Shown here piece by piece: positions 1-10,853 of a stretch of 64,000 nt of DNA. Location of the stretch: IMG/VR virus record IMGVR_UViG_3300028840_002691, positions 41,095-105,094 of that record; one strand, given 5' to 3'. This stretch comes from a virus. The translations under genes were made by a program, and so were the position numbers. Numbering within the stretch: the stretch's first letter is position 1; the number at the start of each line of letters is the position of its first letter. The notes under the pieces are model-generated. The model was not told where the DNA came from. It saw nothing but the letters and a program-made list of their open reading frames with translations, and did not search any database.

Positions 1-536
1 GAGATGACGTTCACAATTTGGGCAGCGGCACTACTGGCTCTGCTACTTGTCGGGGTGCCGTTTGCGGTGTGGTTGGTATATGTGTTGGATGATGACAATG
101 ATCCAGGGCAGGTACACGGATTCGATTGTTGAGAATGTGCAGGGAAAAGAAAGGAGAACTGAAAGAGAGATGACACTACTGGAGTGGATAGCGGCAGGGG
201 ATGTGTTCTGGATGGCTTTCTGGCTGGGGTTTCTGCTGTAAAAGGAGAACAGATATGAGCTACGCCTGACTGAGGAAGGACAAAGAGAGAGAGAAGGCAG
301 GCCAGAAACAGAAGGAAGAACCGCAGTGACAAAGAGGGAAGGGGGCTAAGAGATAGTGCTAACACAATAGCAGTGGTAATGATAGCAGTGTGCTGCTCTG
401 GGGTATTATGGGGACACGCTGATGGCCCTGTTGGTGATGATTAGGTTGGGTTTGTTGTAGTGAGTAGAAATATAAAAGGGGATAGGGTAGAAATGAACTG
501 GGTTCTGGGTGCTGATATCTGTGGGCGGATCTGGCC

Positions 537-800
537 ATGACCCACACAGCCCAACCCCCACCCCTCAACCAGCAGGAAGAAGGGGAACCAAGAATGCCGA
601 CGAACACAGAAACAGAAGGTAAGGAGTCCAGGGTAGTGGTGGTGCCGGACATCAGGTGCTCAGAGTGCGGTGGGCAGTTGAGTTATAGTGCTGTGTTCCG
701 CAGAGGAGTCTGGACCCTGGAGGTGGACCCCTGCCAGCGCTGTGTTCAGAAGTCTTATAAAGAAGGTCAGGTGTCGTGGGGAGCGCCCTGGAATGGATAG
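537..800 (+). CDS. Small hypothetical protein with two CxxC motifs (zinc-ribbon-like)
   Basis: CSEC...CQRC; start uncertain (may be the internal ATG of MPTNTE). Confidence 0.5.
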   Translation: MTHTAQPPPLNQQEEGEPRMPTNTETEGKESRVVVVPDIRCSECGGQLSYSAVFRRGVWTLEVDPCQRCVQKSYKEGQVSWGAPWNG

Positions 801-1422
801 TCTGAGGTGTTTTGGTTGGGGGAGGCTTTGTGGTGGATCTGTGCGTTTGGTCTTGGTGTCTGTTTGCTGGTGCTGATGTGGGGAGAATGAGTGGGCACGG
901 GGTTGGGGGGCGGGGTGTTGGAAAACTTTTGACGGTCGGCGGGCCTGGGTGGGGGAGGTTGAATTTGCAGAATTTGAATTTTTTTGCTTAAACCCCAAAA
1001 ACTGAAAATATAATATAGGAATTTTTTTGACAGAAAAAGGGAGGACTCAAAAAGATGAAAACAACAGCCTCAGTATAGGGAGAGGGACTTGAGGACACGA
1101 TGACTACCTCCGAAAAACTCTACCTACTGCTCTGGTACCTGAACAGGGAACTGCGTCTCAGGGTTGCCGTATGGTGGTCTGAGTATCGGTGGGCTGTTGT
1201 GCTGGTGGTTCACTCTTTTTCTTTCTGTAGACTTTCTGCTTTTTCTCTATTCATAAACCTGCTGCCACAGAGTGGAGGTTGTGACACTATGAAAGAAGCG
1301 CTCAAAATCATTTTATCGGTTTTCGTGTTCATCATTCTTCTGCCGCTGTGGGTGGTGGTGTGGCTGCTGTTCAGCTACGACCTCCACTGGCACCTGACTA
1401 GGGAAGGAGGGCTGTACAGGAG

Positions 1423-1701
1423 ATGACCACCTGGCAGGACCTGGTCAACGGCACCTTTGAACTGAGCGGTGGGGCGTTCATACTGATGAGCATACTCAGA
1501 GTTTTGAAGGACAAAGCGGTGCATGGCGTCAACTGGGTGCACCCGGCGTTTTTCAGCGCCTGGGGCTTCTGGAACCTCTACTACTACCCGCACCTGGGCC
1601 AGTGGCTCAGCTTCTGGGGTGGAGCTGGAGTGGTCACCGCCAACACCGTGTGGGTCATTTTGCTGATTCGGTACAGGGGGAGGGAAAATGATGAGTATTG
1701 A
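1423..1701 (+). CDS. Small 3-TM membrane protein, PQ-loop/SemiSWEET-like
   Basis: Three hydrophobic segments with K..GV linker and W..Y pattern; overlaps neighbouring ORFs. Confidence 0.55.
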   Translation: MTTWQDLVNGTFELSGGAFILMSILRVLKDKAVHGVNWVHPAFFSAWGFWNLYYYPHLGQWLSFWGGAGVVTANTVWVILLIRYRGRENDEY

Positions 1702-1879
1702 AGAAGTCCTAGAACAAATGCGCTACATAGACTGCAAATACTACCAGAGCAATTTCCGAGATTTTGATGGTTGCCCAGGTTTAGACTATGCTGGGGATGA
1801 TGAGGACTGTGGTGACTGCCCCTACAGGCTGTTCAAAGTTCAATCAGCACCAGAAAGAGGGTCTGGGCGGCTGATGTGA
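1688..1879 (+). CDS. Small Cys-rich hypothetical protein
   Basis: C..C..CGDCP pattern; GGAGG upstream. Confidence 0.45.
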   Translation: MMSIEEVLEQMRYIDCKYYQSNFRDFDGCPGLDYAGDDEDCGDCPYRLFKVQSAPERGSGRLM

Positions 1880-1918
1880 TATTAGTGTAGTGATCTAGCA
1901 AGGATGACGGATTAGAAA

Positions 1919-2182
1919 ATGACCCCAGAAGAGCAACAGCTCATGGAGTTCATACGGGATGTGGTCACAGAGAACATCAAGCTCCACCTGCGCGAGATCG
2001 TGAAGCTCACCATCGAAAAAGGGGCCGAGGAAATGAGCAAAGCCGTGCACGAGAACTACACCGCACACCTGGAGAACCTGCTGGGCCGATTGGAGATGCT
2101 GGAGCTGCAGGTGCGCCAGCTCCAGAGCATCATCGACCAGGAGGCAAAAGAAGAGTTCCGGAGGTACTACAAGCTGCAATGA
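1919..2182 (+). CDS. Coiled-coil hypothetical protein coupled to terminase
   Basis: Stop overlaps the TerL start (ATGA); codon style similar to TerL. Confidence 0.6.
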   Translation: MTPEEQQLMEFIRDVVTENIKLHLREIVKLTIEKGAEEMSKAVHENYTAHLENLLGRLEMLELQVRQLQSIIDQEAKEEFRRYYKLQ

Positions 2183-3870
2183 GAGACAAACCCACAGACG
2201 AGCTAATAGGCTTTCTAATCAGCTATATGAAGAGGCCGCCCACCGATGCCCGTGACCGCAGCGTGCTCAACTCGGCCATCGGAGCATTTTACAGCCGTGA
2301 GGTCACCGCCGGAGAGCTGAAAGCCCTGTGGAACGCTTTCGGCGAGCACGGCATTTATCATTCTGATCTGTTGCACTTCTACATACGGGTGTTCCTGGGC
2401 TACGACATACCGCGCAAGAGGTTCTGCCGTCAGCACATTGCTCCCTTTACCTTCATAGAGCAGATGTTCTTTGAGCGAGTGAGGAACGCCATCGCCTTCG
2501 CCAATCGCACGGGGGGCAAGACCATCAACGTGGCCATTCTCAACCACCTGAACATGCGCTTCAAGCCGGAGTGCGAGATAGCCTCCGCGGGGGCCATTCA
2601 GGCGCAGGCCGACCGCATGTACGGGTACTTCCAGAGCTTCCACAAGGGGGAGCTGTTTGCCCCGCTGCTGGACGGCGACATGACCAAGAGTAGGAGCTTT
2701 TACCAGAACGGCTCAAAGATAGAGATCATCACGGGCAGCGTCAAGGGCCTAAACAGCCCCCATCCGCACAAGGCAATCATAGACGAGGTGGAGCTGATGG
2801 ACTGGGCCGTGCTGCAGGAGGGCCTGAGCATGACTATCAGCTCCAAAGACATCATGGCGCAGCAGATCTTCTGCTCCACCCGCAAGTACGAGCTGGGCAC
2901 CTTCCAGCGCTTATTAGACAAGGCCAAGAAGACCTCGGGTGAGCAGGGCTACGTCATATTCAAGTGGTGCATTTGGGAGATACTGGAGAAGTGCAGAAGG
3001 AAATGCAAAAAGGACCCGCGCTACGGCGACTGCCCCATTGAGCACGTCTGCCACGGCAGGGCGCACAAGTGTTCTGGTTTCTATGATCTTTCTGATTTCA
3101 TAGATAAGGTGCTCACACTGGACAAGGACACTCTGGACGCGCAGTGGTTCAACCGTAGACCATCAAGGAGTCTGCTGGTCTACGGCGACTACTGGAACAA
3201 GGCAGTGCACTTTATACCCCGCAGGCAGATCCAGGGCACGGTGGTGAAGATCGCTTCCTTGGACTTCGGCTCCAGCCCAGGGCACGACTTCGTGTTTCAG
3301 GTGTGGGAGGTGGACGTAAGCAAACTAAAGGCCCAGCTGGAGGAGCTGGGGCCTGGAGAGATACCCACCGCCAAGCCTGTGTTCTACCTCACTTACGAGT
3401 ACAGGGCCGGAGGCTCTCCGCTGGAGAACCATGCGCGGTGGATAAAGAGCTGTCCGTTTTGGGATGAGGACTTGATCATATTCGCCGACCCTTCGGCCAA
3501 GCAGCAGCGCCTGGACCTGGAGGCCACCTACGGCATCAGCACCTTTGAGGCCAACAACGCCGTGACCGCAGGCATAGACTCCGTGCGCAGCCACATGCAG
3601 ATCCGTGGCGACAATGAGACCTACTTCTACATCTTCAACGACTACCTGGACAAGACCGATAAGAAGCTCAAGGGCACGCATGAGGAGTTCGCCCTTTACC
3701 GATACAAGATAACCCCAGACGGCAGGCCTGATCCCGAGAAGCCCATGCAGGTGAACGATCACGGCATGGACGCCACTCGGTACGCCATAGCCAGCGCCGT
3801 GCCCTACTTTGTGGAGATGTTTACCCCAGTGTTTGAGGACATCGTTGAAGACGAGGAGTGGCCATTCTGA
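2179..3870 (+). CDS. terL: Terminase large subunit
   Basis: Walker A ANRTGGKT, Walker B IIDEVE, nuclease SLDFG, ADPSA and C-terminal [10 protein letters not shown]; upstream of portal. Confidence 0.93.
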   Translation: MRDKPTDELIGFLISYMKRPPTDARDRSVLNSAIGAFYSREVTAGELKALWNAFGEHGIYHSDLLHFYIRVFLGYDIPRKRFCRQHIAPFTFIEQMFFERVRNAIAFANRTGGKTINVAILNHLNMRFKPECEIASAGAIQAQADRMYGYFQSFHKGELFAPLLDGDMTKSRSFYQNGSKIEIITGSVKGLNSPHPHKAIIDEVELMDWAVLQEGLSMTISSKDIMAQQIFCSTRKYELGTFQRLLDKAKKTSGEQGYVIFKWCIWEILEKCRRKCKKDPRYGDCPIEHVCHGRAHKCSGFYDLSDFIDKVLTLDKDTLDAQWFNRRPSRSLLVYGDYWNKAVHFIPRRQIQGTVVKIASLDFGSSPGHDFVFQVWEVDVSKLKAQLEELGPGEIPTAKPVFYLTYEYRAGGSPLENHARWIKSCPFWDEDLIIFADPSAKQQRLDLEATYGISTFEANNAVTAGIDSVRSHMQIRGDNETYFYIFNDYLDKTDKKLKGTHEEFALYRYKITPDGRPDPEKPMQVNDHGMDATRYAIASAVPYFVEMFTPVFEDIVEDEEWPF

Positions 3871-4469
3871 TGAATGAAGAACTGAAAGCCGAGTGCGCAG
3901 AACTGATCCGAAAGTACCAGTGCTACAAATATGAGTCTTACAAGGTGAGGTGTAGGAATGCGTTGTTTGTAAAAATGCAGCCTTGGATGACAAAGTGGAT
4001 TAAGAAAATATGTGTCTCCTGGAATAAGCGCGAAACCAATGAGGAAGTGCTCTCTTTGAGTTGGGACGCCTTCTACTACTGTCTGGAAAACTACAAATGG
4101 GGTGGCAACAACATACCTGAACACTTTTACAAGTACACTCGCTATTGGATGCTCAACCACTACGCAGTGAAAGACACCGTGAGAGTACCGTTAGAGGAAT
4201 TTGAGGAAATAATGAAACTGGCCGAAGAGCCAGCAACTAGAGCTTTTTCAATCTTGGCCAAGCTGCATAGGCTAAAGTTGGCGGTTCCTGAGAAGTACAG
4301 AGTGATGTTGGATGATGCTCTCCTTTCTTTACATAATGAATCTGTTTATTCTAATAAAGGAAAGAAGTCAAAATGCCCAGGAGTTAGGAGTTCTGCGTAT
4401 TATGAAATAAAGGAGATTTTTAAAAGCATTATAACTACTTATGTATTAGGAATAAAGAAGACAAAATAG
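3870..4469 (+). CDS. Sigma70 region-2-like transcription factor (putative)
   Basis: EEVLSLSWDAFYYCLENY...FYKYTRYWMLNH resembles sigma region 2; ATG overlaps the TerL stop. Confidence 0.45.
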   Translation: MNEELKAECAELIRKYQCYKYESYKVRCRNALFVKMQPWMTKWIKKICVSWNKRETNEEVLSLSWDAFYYCLENYKWGGNNIPEHFYKYTRYWMLNHYAVKDTVRVPLEEFEEIMKLAEEPATRAFSILAKLHRLKLAVPEKYRVMLDDALLSLHNESVYSNKGKKSKCPGVRSSAYYEIKEIFKSIITTYVLGIKKTK

Positions 4470-4553
4470 GTAAACAGCGTTTTTTCTTTTATATTATCAA
4501 AAGAGGGTATTTCTTTTGGTATTTTTTTGTCCTAAGAGCAGGAAATGAAATAG

Positions 4554-6146
4554 ATGCTTAAAAACATAAAGGGATCACTCAAGCTCAGGCGTGCACAGAA
4601 GCAGCTTGAGCTGAAGCAAGCCGAGTACGCCACAAAGCAGTACGAGCTGGCTATTGAGCAAATTACCGAGGCCACCAACATAGTCCAGGACGAAGACCGC
4701 ATGTCTGGGTGGTTTGCCCACGGAGAGAGCGGCAACGTCGGCATGAGCGTCGAGGAGCACAGCGACATGCTCCAGAACGCCTACAGGCTCTACCACAACA
4801 ATCCGCACGCCAGGGCCGTGGTGCGCAACCTTTCCAAGTTCATTCTGGGCAAGGGGCCGAACGTCATCCCCGAGGACGACAACGAGAGCAACCGCAAGAA
4901 GGCCCAGGAAGCCTGGACAGAGTTCCGCAAACTCAACAAGTTCAACCGCAGGGAAAAGGAACTGGTCAACCGCCTGTTCAGGGACGGAGAGGTGTTTCTG
5001 CGCTGCTTTGAGGACACTGCGGAAGGTGCTGTGAAGATCCGCTTTATCAGAGCAGACCTTGTAGCCGAACCACGAGACAAGAAGAACGTTATAAAGAACG
5101 GCTCCTTTGGCATCGTCACGGACCCAGACGACATCGAGGAGGTGCTCGGCTACATACGCTGCGACCGTGAGGGCAACTACAAGGAGCGGCTGAAACCTGA
5201 GGAAGTGATCCACATAAAGATCTTCTGCGACTCCGACCAGAAGCGCGGCGTGTCGGTCTACAGGGTCTGTGCCAAGCGCCTGAAGCAGTACGAGGAGTGG
5301 CTTGAGGATCGAGTGGTGCTGAACAAGATACGCAGCGCCATAGCACTGGTCAGGCAGATAGACAGCTCCGCAGCAAAGGTCAAGGCCATAAGGGACGAGA
5401 GCCTCAGTGACCAGTACTCCACAGGCAAGCGCCGAGTGCGAACTCCGCATCGAGGCACTGTGATCACTGCCTCCAAGGGCATAGAGTACAAAATGCTCAC
5501 CCCGAACATCAACGCCAGCGACTCCGCAGATGATGGCAAGGCCATACTGCTAGCGGTGGCCGCTGCGGTAGGGTTTCCTGAGCAGATACTCACTGGAGAC
5601 TACTCTAACATCAATTACAGCTCCTCGCTGGTGGCGCAGAACCCGTTCGTGCGGGAGATAGAGGACTGGCAGGACTTCCTCAGCGACTTCTACACCGATA
5701 TGTATGAGCGGGTGATCAAGGCGAAAATCAAAGCAAACAAACTCCCCAACAACACCAAGGCTACATGCAAGGTCGAGTTCCCGCCGATGATACTGGCCGA
5801 GCTGGAGAAGCTGGCCAAGGCTTATGAGATAATGTTCAAGTACAAGATCATCAGCAAGAAGACCTGGCGCGGCAAACAGGGCCTGGATGATGAGGTAGAG
5901 AGCCAGAACATCGAGGATGAGGAAGGCGATGAGGTCTACGGACAGCCGCCAGCAGGACACCCGAACCAGTACCCAATGGGCAGGCCTGGACCTGGCGGGC
6001 AGTTTAACATGCCTTTGGCACCTATGAACCAACTCGGCAAAGCAGTTGTGCAACTTTGGGAGGCGTTTAGGAGGGAGGATTGGGACAAGGTGATAGAGAT
6101 AGGGGAGGAGCTGAAAGGGACTGCCAATGCGGAGACTAATGAGTGA
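4554..6146 (+). CDS. Portal protein
   Basis: 530 aa after TerL; NPHARAVV, RDGEVF, RGVS and GDYSNINYSS are lambda/HK97-type portal motifs. Confidence 0.9.
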   Translation: MLKNIKGSLKLRRAQKQLELKQAEYATKQYELAIEQITEATNIVQDEDRMSGWFAHGESGNVGMSVEEHSDMLQNAYRLYHNNPHARAVVRNLSKFILGKGPNVIPEDDNESNRKKAQEAWTEFRKLNKFNRREKELVNRLFRDGEVFLRCFEDTAEGAVKIRFIRADLVAEPRDKKNVIKNGSFGIVTDPDDIEEVLGYIRCDREGNYKERLKPEEVIHIKIFCDSDQKRGVSVYRVCAKRLKQYEEWLEDRVVLNKIRSAIALVRQIDSSAAKVKAIRDESLSDQYSTGKRRVRTPHRGTVITASKGIEYKMLTPNINASDSADDGKAILLAVAAAVGFPEQILTGDYSNINYSSSLVAQNPFVREIEDWQDFLSDFYTDMYERVIKAKIKANKLPNNTKATCKVEFPPMILAELEKLAKAYEIMFKYKIISKKTWRGKQGLDDEVESQNIEDEEGDEVYGQPPAGHPNQYPMGRPGPGGQFNMPLAPMNQLGKAVVQLWEAFRREDWDKVIEIGEELKGTANAETNE

Positions 6147-6223
6147 TGAAGCGATTGAGCTTCGTGCTGATGTTGAGAAGACTGCTGAAAGCTCTTTTCT
6201 GCCTACGGAGGGAAAGACCACCA

Positions 6224-6919
6224 ATGGCTGCTACTGAATACTGCCCAGATCCAACCTGTGCTATTGATTTTTGGGCTTCTAAGGGGATTGGTTGGTCGCA
6301 TGATGCTGCGAATAATGAGTTTGATTGTGATGGATCGATGCCAGGTTTTCCACCCGGTCTGACTACAACACTGAGTGTTTATAATCTTCCGACCGATGAT
6401 AGCAATGTAAATATTGGTGGTACGTTTAGGACAGAGTTTACAGTCAGGAATTATGTTTCTGGGACTATATGGTTTGAAATAGCAGCGGAGGACGGAACTG
6501 TTCGGTCAGCCAATGGCACTTATATTGAAGACATAACAGACCCTGGTGGTAGACGCTATGGTTTTTGGGGTATTACCGGAGATGGTGATTTTGTAGGCAG
6601 TATCACTAATATCCACATTCAACTTTACTCTGAACTGTACGGCTGTGACACGGAGTCAGATGTTGGTCGACTACGGTTGCTGACTGGGTTGTGTAGAGGC
6701 AGTGAGGTCGAACTCTTCACGAACGAGGAGCTGGAGCAGGTGCTTTCTATCAGTGATGATGATATTGATATGGCTGCTGCTGCAGTAATGGCCAGCAAGG
6801 CAGCCAGAAGGGCAGAAAGTACTTGCAGTTTGTCTTTGGGCAAGCAGGATCTTGACGTTGATAGGTGCACGTCAACAGAGCAAATGATAAAGACAAGGAA
6901 GCAGTTTTTTGATAAATGA
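6224..6919 (+). CDS. Beta-rich domain fused to a head-tail adaptor-like domain (paralog of 20926..21327)
   Basis: C-terminal half aligns by eye with 20926 (SDVGRLRLL/TDEGRLRIL; LSLGKQDLDVDR/LGLGKTDIYVDK); GGAGG before ATG 6224. Confidence 0.65.
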   Translation: MAATEYCPDPTCAIDFWASKGIGWSHDAANNEFDCDGSMPGFPPGLTTTLSVYNLPTDDSNVNIGGTFRTEFTVRNYVSGTIWFEIAAEDGTVRSANGTYIEDITDPGGRRYGFWGITGDGDFVGSITNIHIQLYSELYGCDTESDVGRLRLLTGLCRGSEVELFTNEELEQVLSISDDDIDMAAAAVMASKAARRAESTCSLSLGKQDLDVDRCTSTEQMIKTRKQFFDK

Positions 6920-7024
6920 ATCTGATGATTGTTGATGGGACGGAGACTTGTCTGGTGTGATACAGGGCTTTGGCTGAGCGGATGACAGGCACATATCCTA
7001 AAGTGTAAACAGAGAGGGGGAATA

Positions 7025-8353
7025 ATGAAACAACTCATACTCGCAATCGGGCTGGTGCTGGTGCTGGCGTGTTCGGCCAACTCAACAACATATTATGTTG
7101 ATGAAACACAAGCACTTGAGCAGGTTATAGCTAATCTTGTCTCTGGCGATCATGTGCTGTTTAAGCGTGGGGATAGATGGGCTGGGCAGGTTGAGGTTCC
7201 TTGCTCCAATCTTACATTCGGCTCTTATGGAGTAGGCCCAAAACCCATCATTGACGGTGAAAACAACATCAACTGGATATTCAAGATTGTTGATGTATCA
7301 GACATTACGATTGACGGCCTTGAGTTGATGAATGTTGATAGTCCCACTCAGTCTGGAAATCTTATCTATGTGGGTGCCTTTAAGTTTACTCGGTCTTCTA
7401 ACAATATTCACCTAAAGAACCTCACTCTTCATGGCGCTAAGACCCGTGGCATCGCTCTCATGGGTTACAGTGAAACAGATTATGCTGACGGCATAGTGAT
7501 TGAGAATTGCGAGATATACGATATCGGTGATTGGGGAGATACTGCCGCTGCTGATATTTGTATCATGCACCATGTCAGGGCGGTAACGATTAGAAATTGT
7601 CTGCTCTACGGGAACGCTCTTGATAGAGGCGTAGATGGTATAACATTTGATATGACACAGGCTTCTGGGCATCTGATTGAAAACAACCATATCTGGGGCC
7701 ATGAAGAAAACGAGCTGGACTTCAAGTGGGTATTTGAGGCTGGGAATGAGGGCAGGACACAGGTTGTCAACAACCATTTGAGCAACACTAAGAATACGAC
7801 AATAGTTATCCACCGTGGCTCAAACGGGATTGATTTTGTTGGTAATCGGCTTTCGGGAGCCAATCTTGGCGTTGCTATTATAAACCATGACAGTCCTGCC
7901 TACGAATACTGTGATGGTCAAGAGGGAGACATCTTGTTTGAGTGCAATATCGTCACCAACATGCTTCGCTCACCATTCTTTGACACTGGCCTGACGGCTG
8001 GTGGTAATAGGCTTTACAACAATATCTTTGCCAACAACGGTACCCAATACAATCCTACGTCTTGGTATGTGAATATCAACTCGCCTAACTGGACTGTTCG
8101 AGGCAATGCCTTTTACAAGAATGGTCAGGGAAGAGTGGATGCTGGCAAGATGGCTTATCAGGTATGGTGTAGAGTCGATGAGGGTTTAGTAATGTCAAAT
8201 AACCTGTACTGGCACCCGAACGAACAAACTGGACAAGGTGTGATTCGTCACAGTGGCGTAAGAACTTTGGCCTGGATGCAGGACAATACACCGTTCTGCG
8301 CTGGCTCTGTTGAGGCCAATCCCGCCTTTGTTGGTTGTGTTTTAGGAGAGTGA
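7025..8353 (+). CDS. Right-handed parallel beta-helix protein with signal peptide (polysaccharide lyase-like)
   Basis: MKQLILAIGLVLVLACSA-NSTTYYVD signal; GDHVLFKRGD..W, SYG.G.KPII; repeated I.I.N..I motifs. Confidence 0.8.
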   Translation: MKQLILAIGLVLVLACSANSTTYYVDETQALEQVIANLVSGDHVLFKRGDRWAGQVEVPCSNLTFGSYGVGPKPIIDGENNINWIFKIVDVSDITIDGLELMNVDSPTQSGNLIYVGAFKFTRSSNNIHLKNLTLHGAKTRGIALMGYSETDYADGIVIENCEIYDIGDWGDTAAADICIMHHVRAVTIRNCLLYGNALDRGVDGITFDMTQASGHLIENNHIWGHEENELDFKWVFEAGNEGRTQVVNNHLSNTKNTTIVIHRGSNGIDFVGNRLSGANLGVAIINHDSPAYEYCDGQEGDILFECNIVTNMLRSPFFDTGLTAGGNRLYNNIFANNGTQYNPTSWYVNINSPNWTVRGNAFYKNGQGRVDAGKMAYQVWCRVDEGLVMSNNLYWHPNEQTGQGVIRHSGVRTLAWMQDNTPFCAGSVEANPAFVGCVLGE

Positions 8354-8355
8354 AC

Positions 8356-9414
8356 ATGCTAAAGAAACTCGGTTTGATCTTACTATTGCTGCTCTTGCCA
8401 GCTTTTTGCTCTGCTGCTGATAAAACTGTTGGATCGGCTGGTGCGGACTACACACAGGTTGGAACGGCCCTTACGAGTCATGCTTTTATGCCTGGGGATA
8501 CAATTACGCTTATTACAGACGTAACTGAGGCGAATAAGTGTCTTTGGGGAAATATGGACGACGGGGCAGCCGGGGTCTACGTTACTCTCGATCTAAATAG
8601 TTACACTTGGGACATGACGGCAGCCGATGATTATATACTGGGACTGGCTGCTACAACCTACACAAGGATAAAAGGGCCTGGAACAGTTAAAACCACTGCC
8701 TCCACGAATGGCGCAATAGAAATAAGTGGGGGTAATAACATTATTATTGAAAACTGCACGATAGAGTACGTTGCTGGTGACTGGAGCGATTCCGGCATTA
8801 GGCTTCGGGCTTCTGCCGATACAACCACTATACAAAGAGTAATCTTTACTAGCCTGACTGCGGATAGTGGTGTTGGGGTGTTTGTAAGAGATGACTCAAA
8901 CAATACCACAGTTAAGTATTGTCTTTTCAATAATTGCTCCAGGGGTGTTTATTTCTACGACGTTGACGGAGTGAATCCCCCAACCGGTTTGTTTCTTTAC
9001 AACAATACACTTTACGATTATGATTTGGCTGGTCTTTGGATAGACGCCAACACGGATGCGTCTGAGGTTACTGCTCGGAATAATATTTTTTACGGCGACG
9101 GCTCCTGTAACGGCGTTGATGATGATGGAGCAAATGAAGCTGATCTCAACTACAATTGCTACTACAACAACGCGACTGATGTGGCTGGATCAAGCTCGGT
9201 TGGCGGAAACGGTTTAGCGAACACCGATCCACTTATGGTTGATCCCGCAAACGGCAACTACCGCTTGCAGGCGTTGTCACCGTGCAGGGATAATGGTGAC
9301 GCCACGCTAGGTTTAACCAGCGACATCACAGGCCGACTTGTGCCACTAGGCTCTGCTCCAGACATAGGAGCGTATGAGTACATGAAGCCGAGATGGTGGA
9401 GGTTCTGGAGATAA
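8356..9414 (+). CDS. Right-handed beta-helix protein with signal peptide and C-terminal DIGAYE motif
   Basis: MLKKLGLILLLLLLPAFCSA signal; YNNT, RNNIF, DPLMVDPANGNYRL..SPC.D.G, PDIGAYE. Confidence 0.8.
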   Translation: MLKKLGLILLLLLLPAFCSAADKTVGSAGADYTQVGTALTSHAFMPGDTITLITDVTEANKCLWGNMDDGAAGVYVTLDLNSYTWDMTAADDYILGLAATTYTRIKGPGTVKTTASTNGAIEISGGNNIIIENCTIEYVAGDWSDSGIRLRASADTTTIQRVIFTSLTADSGVGVFVRDDSNNTTVKYCLFNNCSRGVYFYDVDGVNPPTGLFLYNNTLYDYDLAGLWIDANTDASEVTARNNIFYGDGSCNGVDDDGANEADLNYNCYYNNATDVAGSSSVGGNGLANTDPLMVDPANGNYRLQALSPCRDNGDATLGLTSDITGRLVPLGSAPDIGAYEYMKPRWWRFWR

Positions 9415-9440
9415 ATGAATGCAAATAGGAGAACATAATC

Positions 9441-9764
9441 ATGGCTGTAACAGCAGTTTGCAACGCTAACGTTATTCACGTTACAAATCTCAATGCGGAT
9501 TGGGCCTGGTCTACGACCTTGCCAGCGAGAGGCAGTGGAATACGGGTAGAGAGCATACAGTTTAACCCGACTGCCGCCTCTGATAGGTGTGTTATGCTGG
9601 ATGGGGCCAGTGGTACCACCATAATGGATGTCACCTGCGCTGATACAACCGATTCCAGGGTGAAGTATTTCTATGGGCAGAAGTTGAGGCCTGTTTTTGA
9701 CTTCTCGCAGAGCGTTATCAGTGGCACTTCCACCGACGGTCACATTATCATCATGACGAGGTAA
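9441..9764 (+). CDS. Small beta-rich virion-associated protein
   Basis: AGGAG RBS; position in head module. Confidence 0.55.
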   Translation: MAVTAVCNANVIHVTNLNADWAWSTTLPARGSGIRVESIQFNPTAASDRCVMLDGASGTTIMDVTCADTTDSRVKYFYGQKLRPVFDFSQSVISGTSTDGHIIIMTR

Positions 9765-9794
9765 GGCAGCTGGTGATTCTGTTGAAAGGGCTAA

Positions 9795-10853
9795 ATGGCA
9801 AAGACAGCGAATGAGATCTTTAGGGACTGGCTCTTACGTCACTCACACTACTTGGGCAGGGTTGAAAATGGGGCAATCCGCGAGATGGTTGCTCCGTACC
9901 AGCGAGCGAGGCAGGAGATATATGACAGGCTGGCAGATCAAGCAAAATGGACAGGCAGGACACGAGAATGGAGAATAGCACGGCTCAATGCTCAGCTTGC
10001 GGAGGTGGAGGGTGCTCTGCAGGCTGCGGCGCTGGACTCGGCTGGCTCACTGCAGCAGACTCTGAGGGAGCTGGCCTATACGGAGGCCGACCTGCAGGCT
10101 GCGATGCTTGCTGGGCCATTTGGACGGGTGGGGGTGGATATCGTCAGCCTGCCCTATGCGCAAATAGAGCAGATACTGGACGAACCGTTGATATACCAAT
10201 ACAGGGGCATGACTCCAGCAGACAGTATGCTCTGGGGCAACAAGAAGGCTGTTGACGCTATGAGGCAGGAGCTGACACAGGCTGTTATTTCTGGGGAGGA
10301 TATGGCTAGGGCTTCTAAAAGACTTGTGAACCCACTGACTGCAACTATGAAAGGTGTTGCCTACGAACAAATAGCACGGAGGGCGACGATAATAGCACGC
10401 TCTGAGATAATGCACGTGAGTAACTCGGTGTCCAGAAGGGTCTTTAACGAGAACCAGGACGTCATGAAGGGCTGCATGTACACAGCCACTCTTGACAGGA
10501 GGACTTGTTTGATCTGCGCTTCTGACGATGGTCGGTTCTTTCCATACAAGGACGGCATCGATCACGAAGGTCCACTTTTGCCTAGGCATCCGCTGTGTCG
10601 GTGCTGTTACAGCCCCGTGACTAAATCCTGGACTGAACTCGGCGCAGACGCTAAAACTCAGACAGGCAAGGATTACTTCTCAGGCAAGAGGCCAGAGGTG
10701 ATCACCTACAGTGACTGGCTGAAGAAGCAGCCTGATGATGTGCTGAAGGAGATACTTGGGCCTGCAAGAATGAAGCTCTGGAAGGAAGGCAAGATCACTC
10801 TTTCCAAGATGGCTACTGACAAGAAAGTGATTGCTGTAAAGGATTTGAAATAA
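9795..10853 (+). CDS. Minor head/head morphogenesis protein (Mu gpF / SPP1 gp7 family)
   Basis: IARSE, ATLDRRTCLIC...DG, P.HPLCRC. Confidence 0.9.
   Translation: MAKTANEIFRDWLLRHSHYLGRVENGAIREMVAPYQRARQEIYDRLADQAKWTGRTREWRIARLNAQLAEVEGALQAAALDSAGSLQQTLRELAYTEADLQAAMLAGPFGRVGVDIVSLPYAQIEQILDEPLIYQYRGMTPADSMLWGNKKAVDAMRQELTQAVISGEDMARASKRLVNPLTATMKGVAYEQIARRATIIARSEIMHVSNSVSRRVFNENQDVMKGCMYTATLDRRTCLICASDDGRFFPYKDGIDHEGPLLPRHPLCRCCYSPVTKSWTELGADAKTQTGKDYFSGKRPEVITYSDWLKKQPDDVLKEILGPARMKLWKEGKITLSKMATDKKVIAVKDLK

Noticed and set aside
239-361. Further stop-codon readthrough candidates near the window start
   Set aside because: No recognisable protein family on either side of the stops, so interruption cannot be supported.
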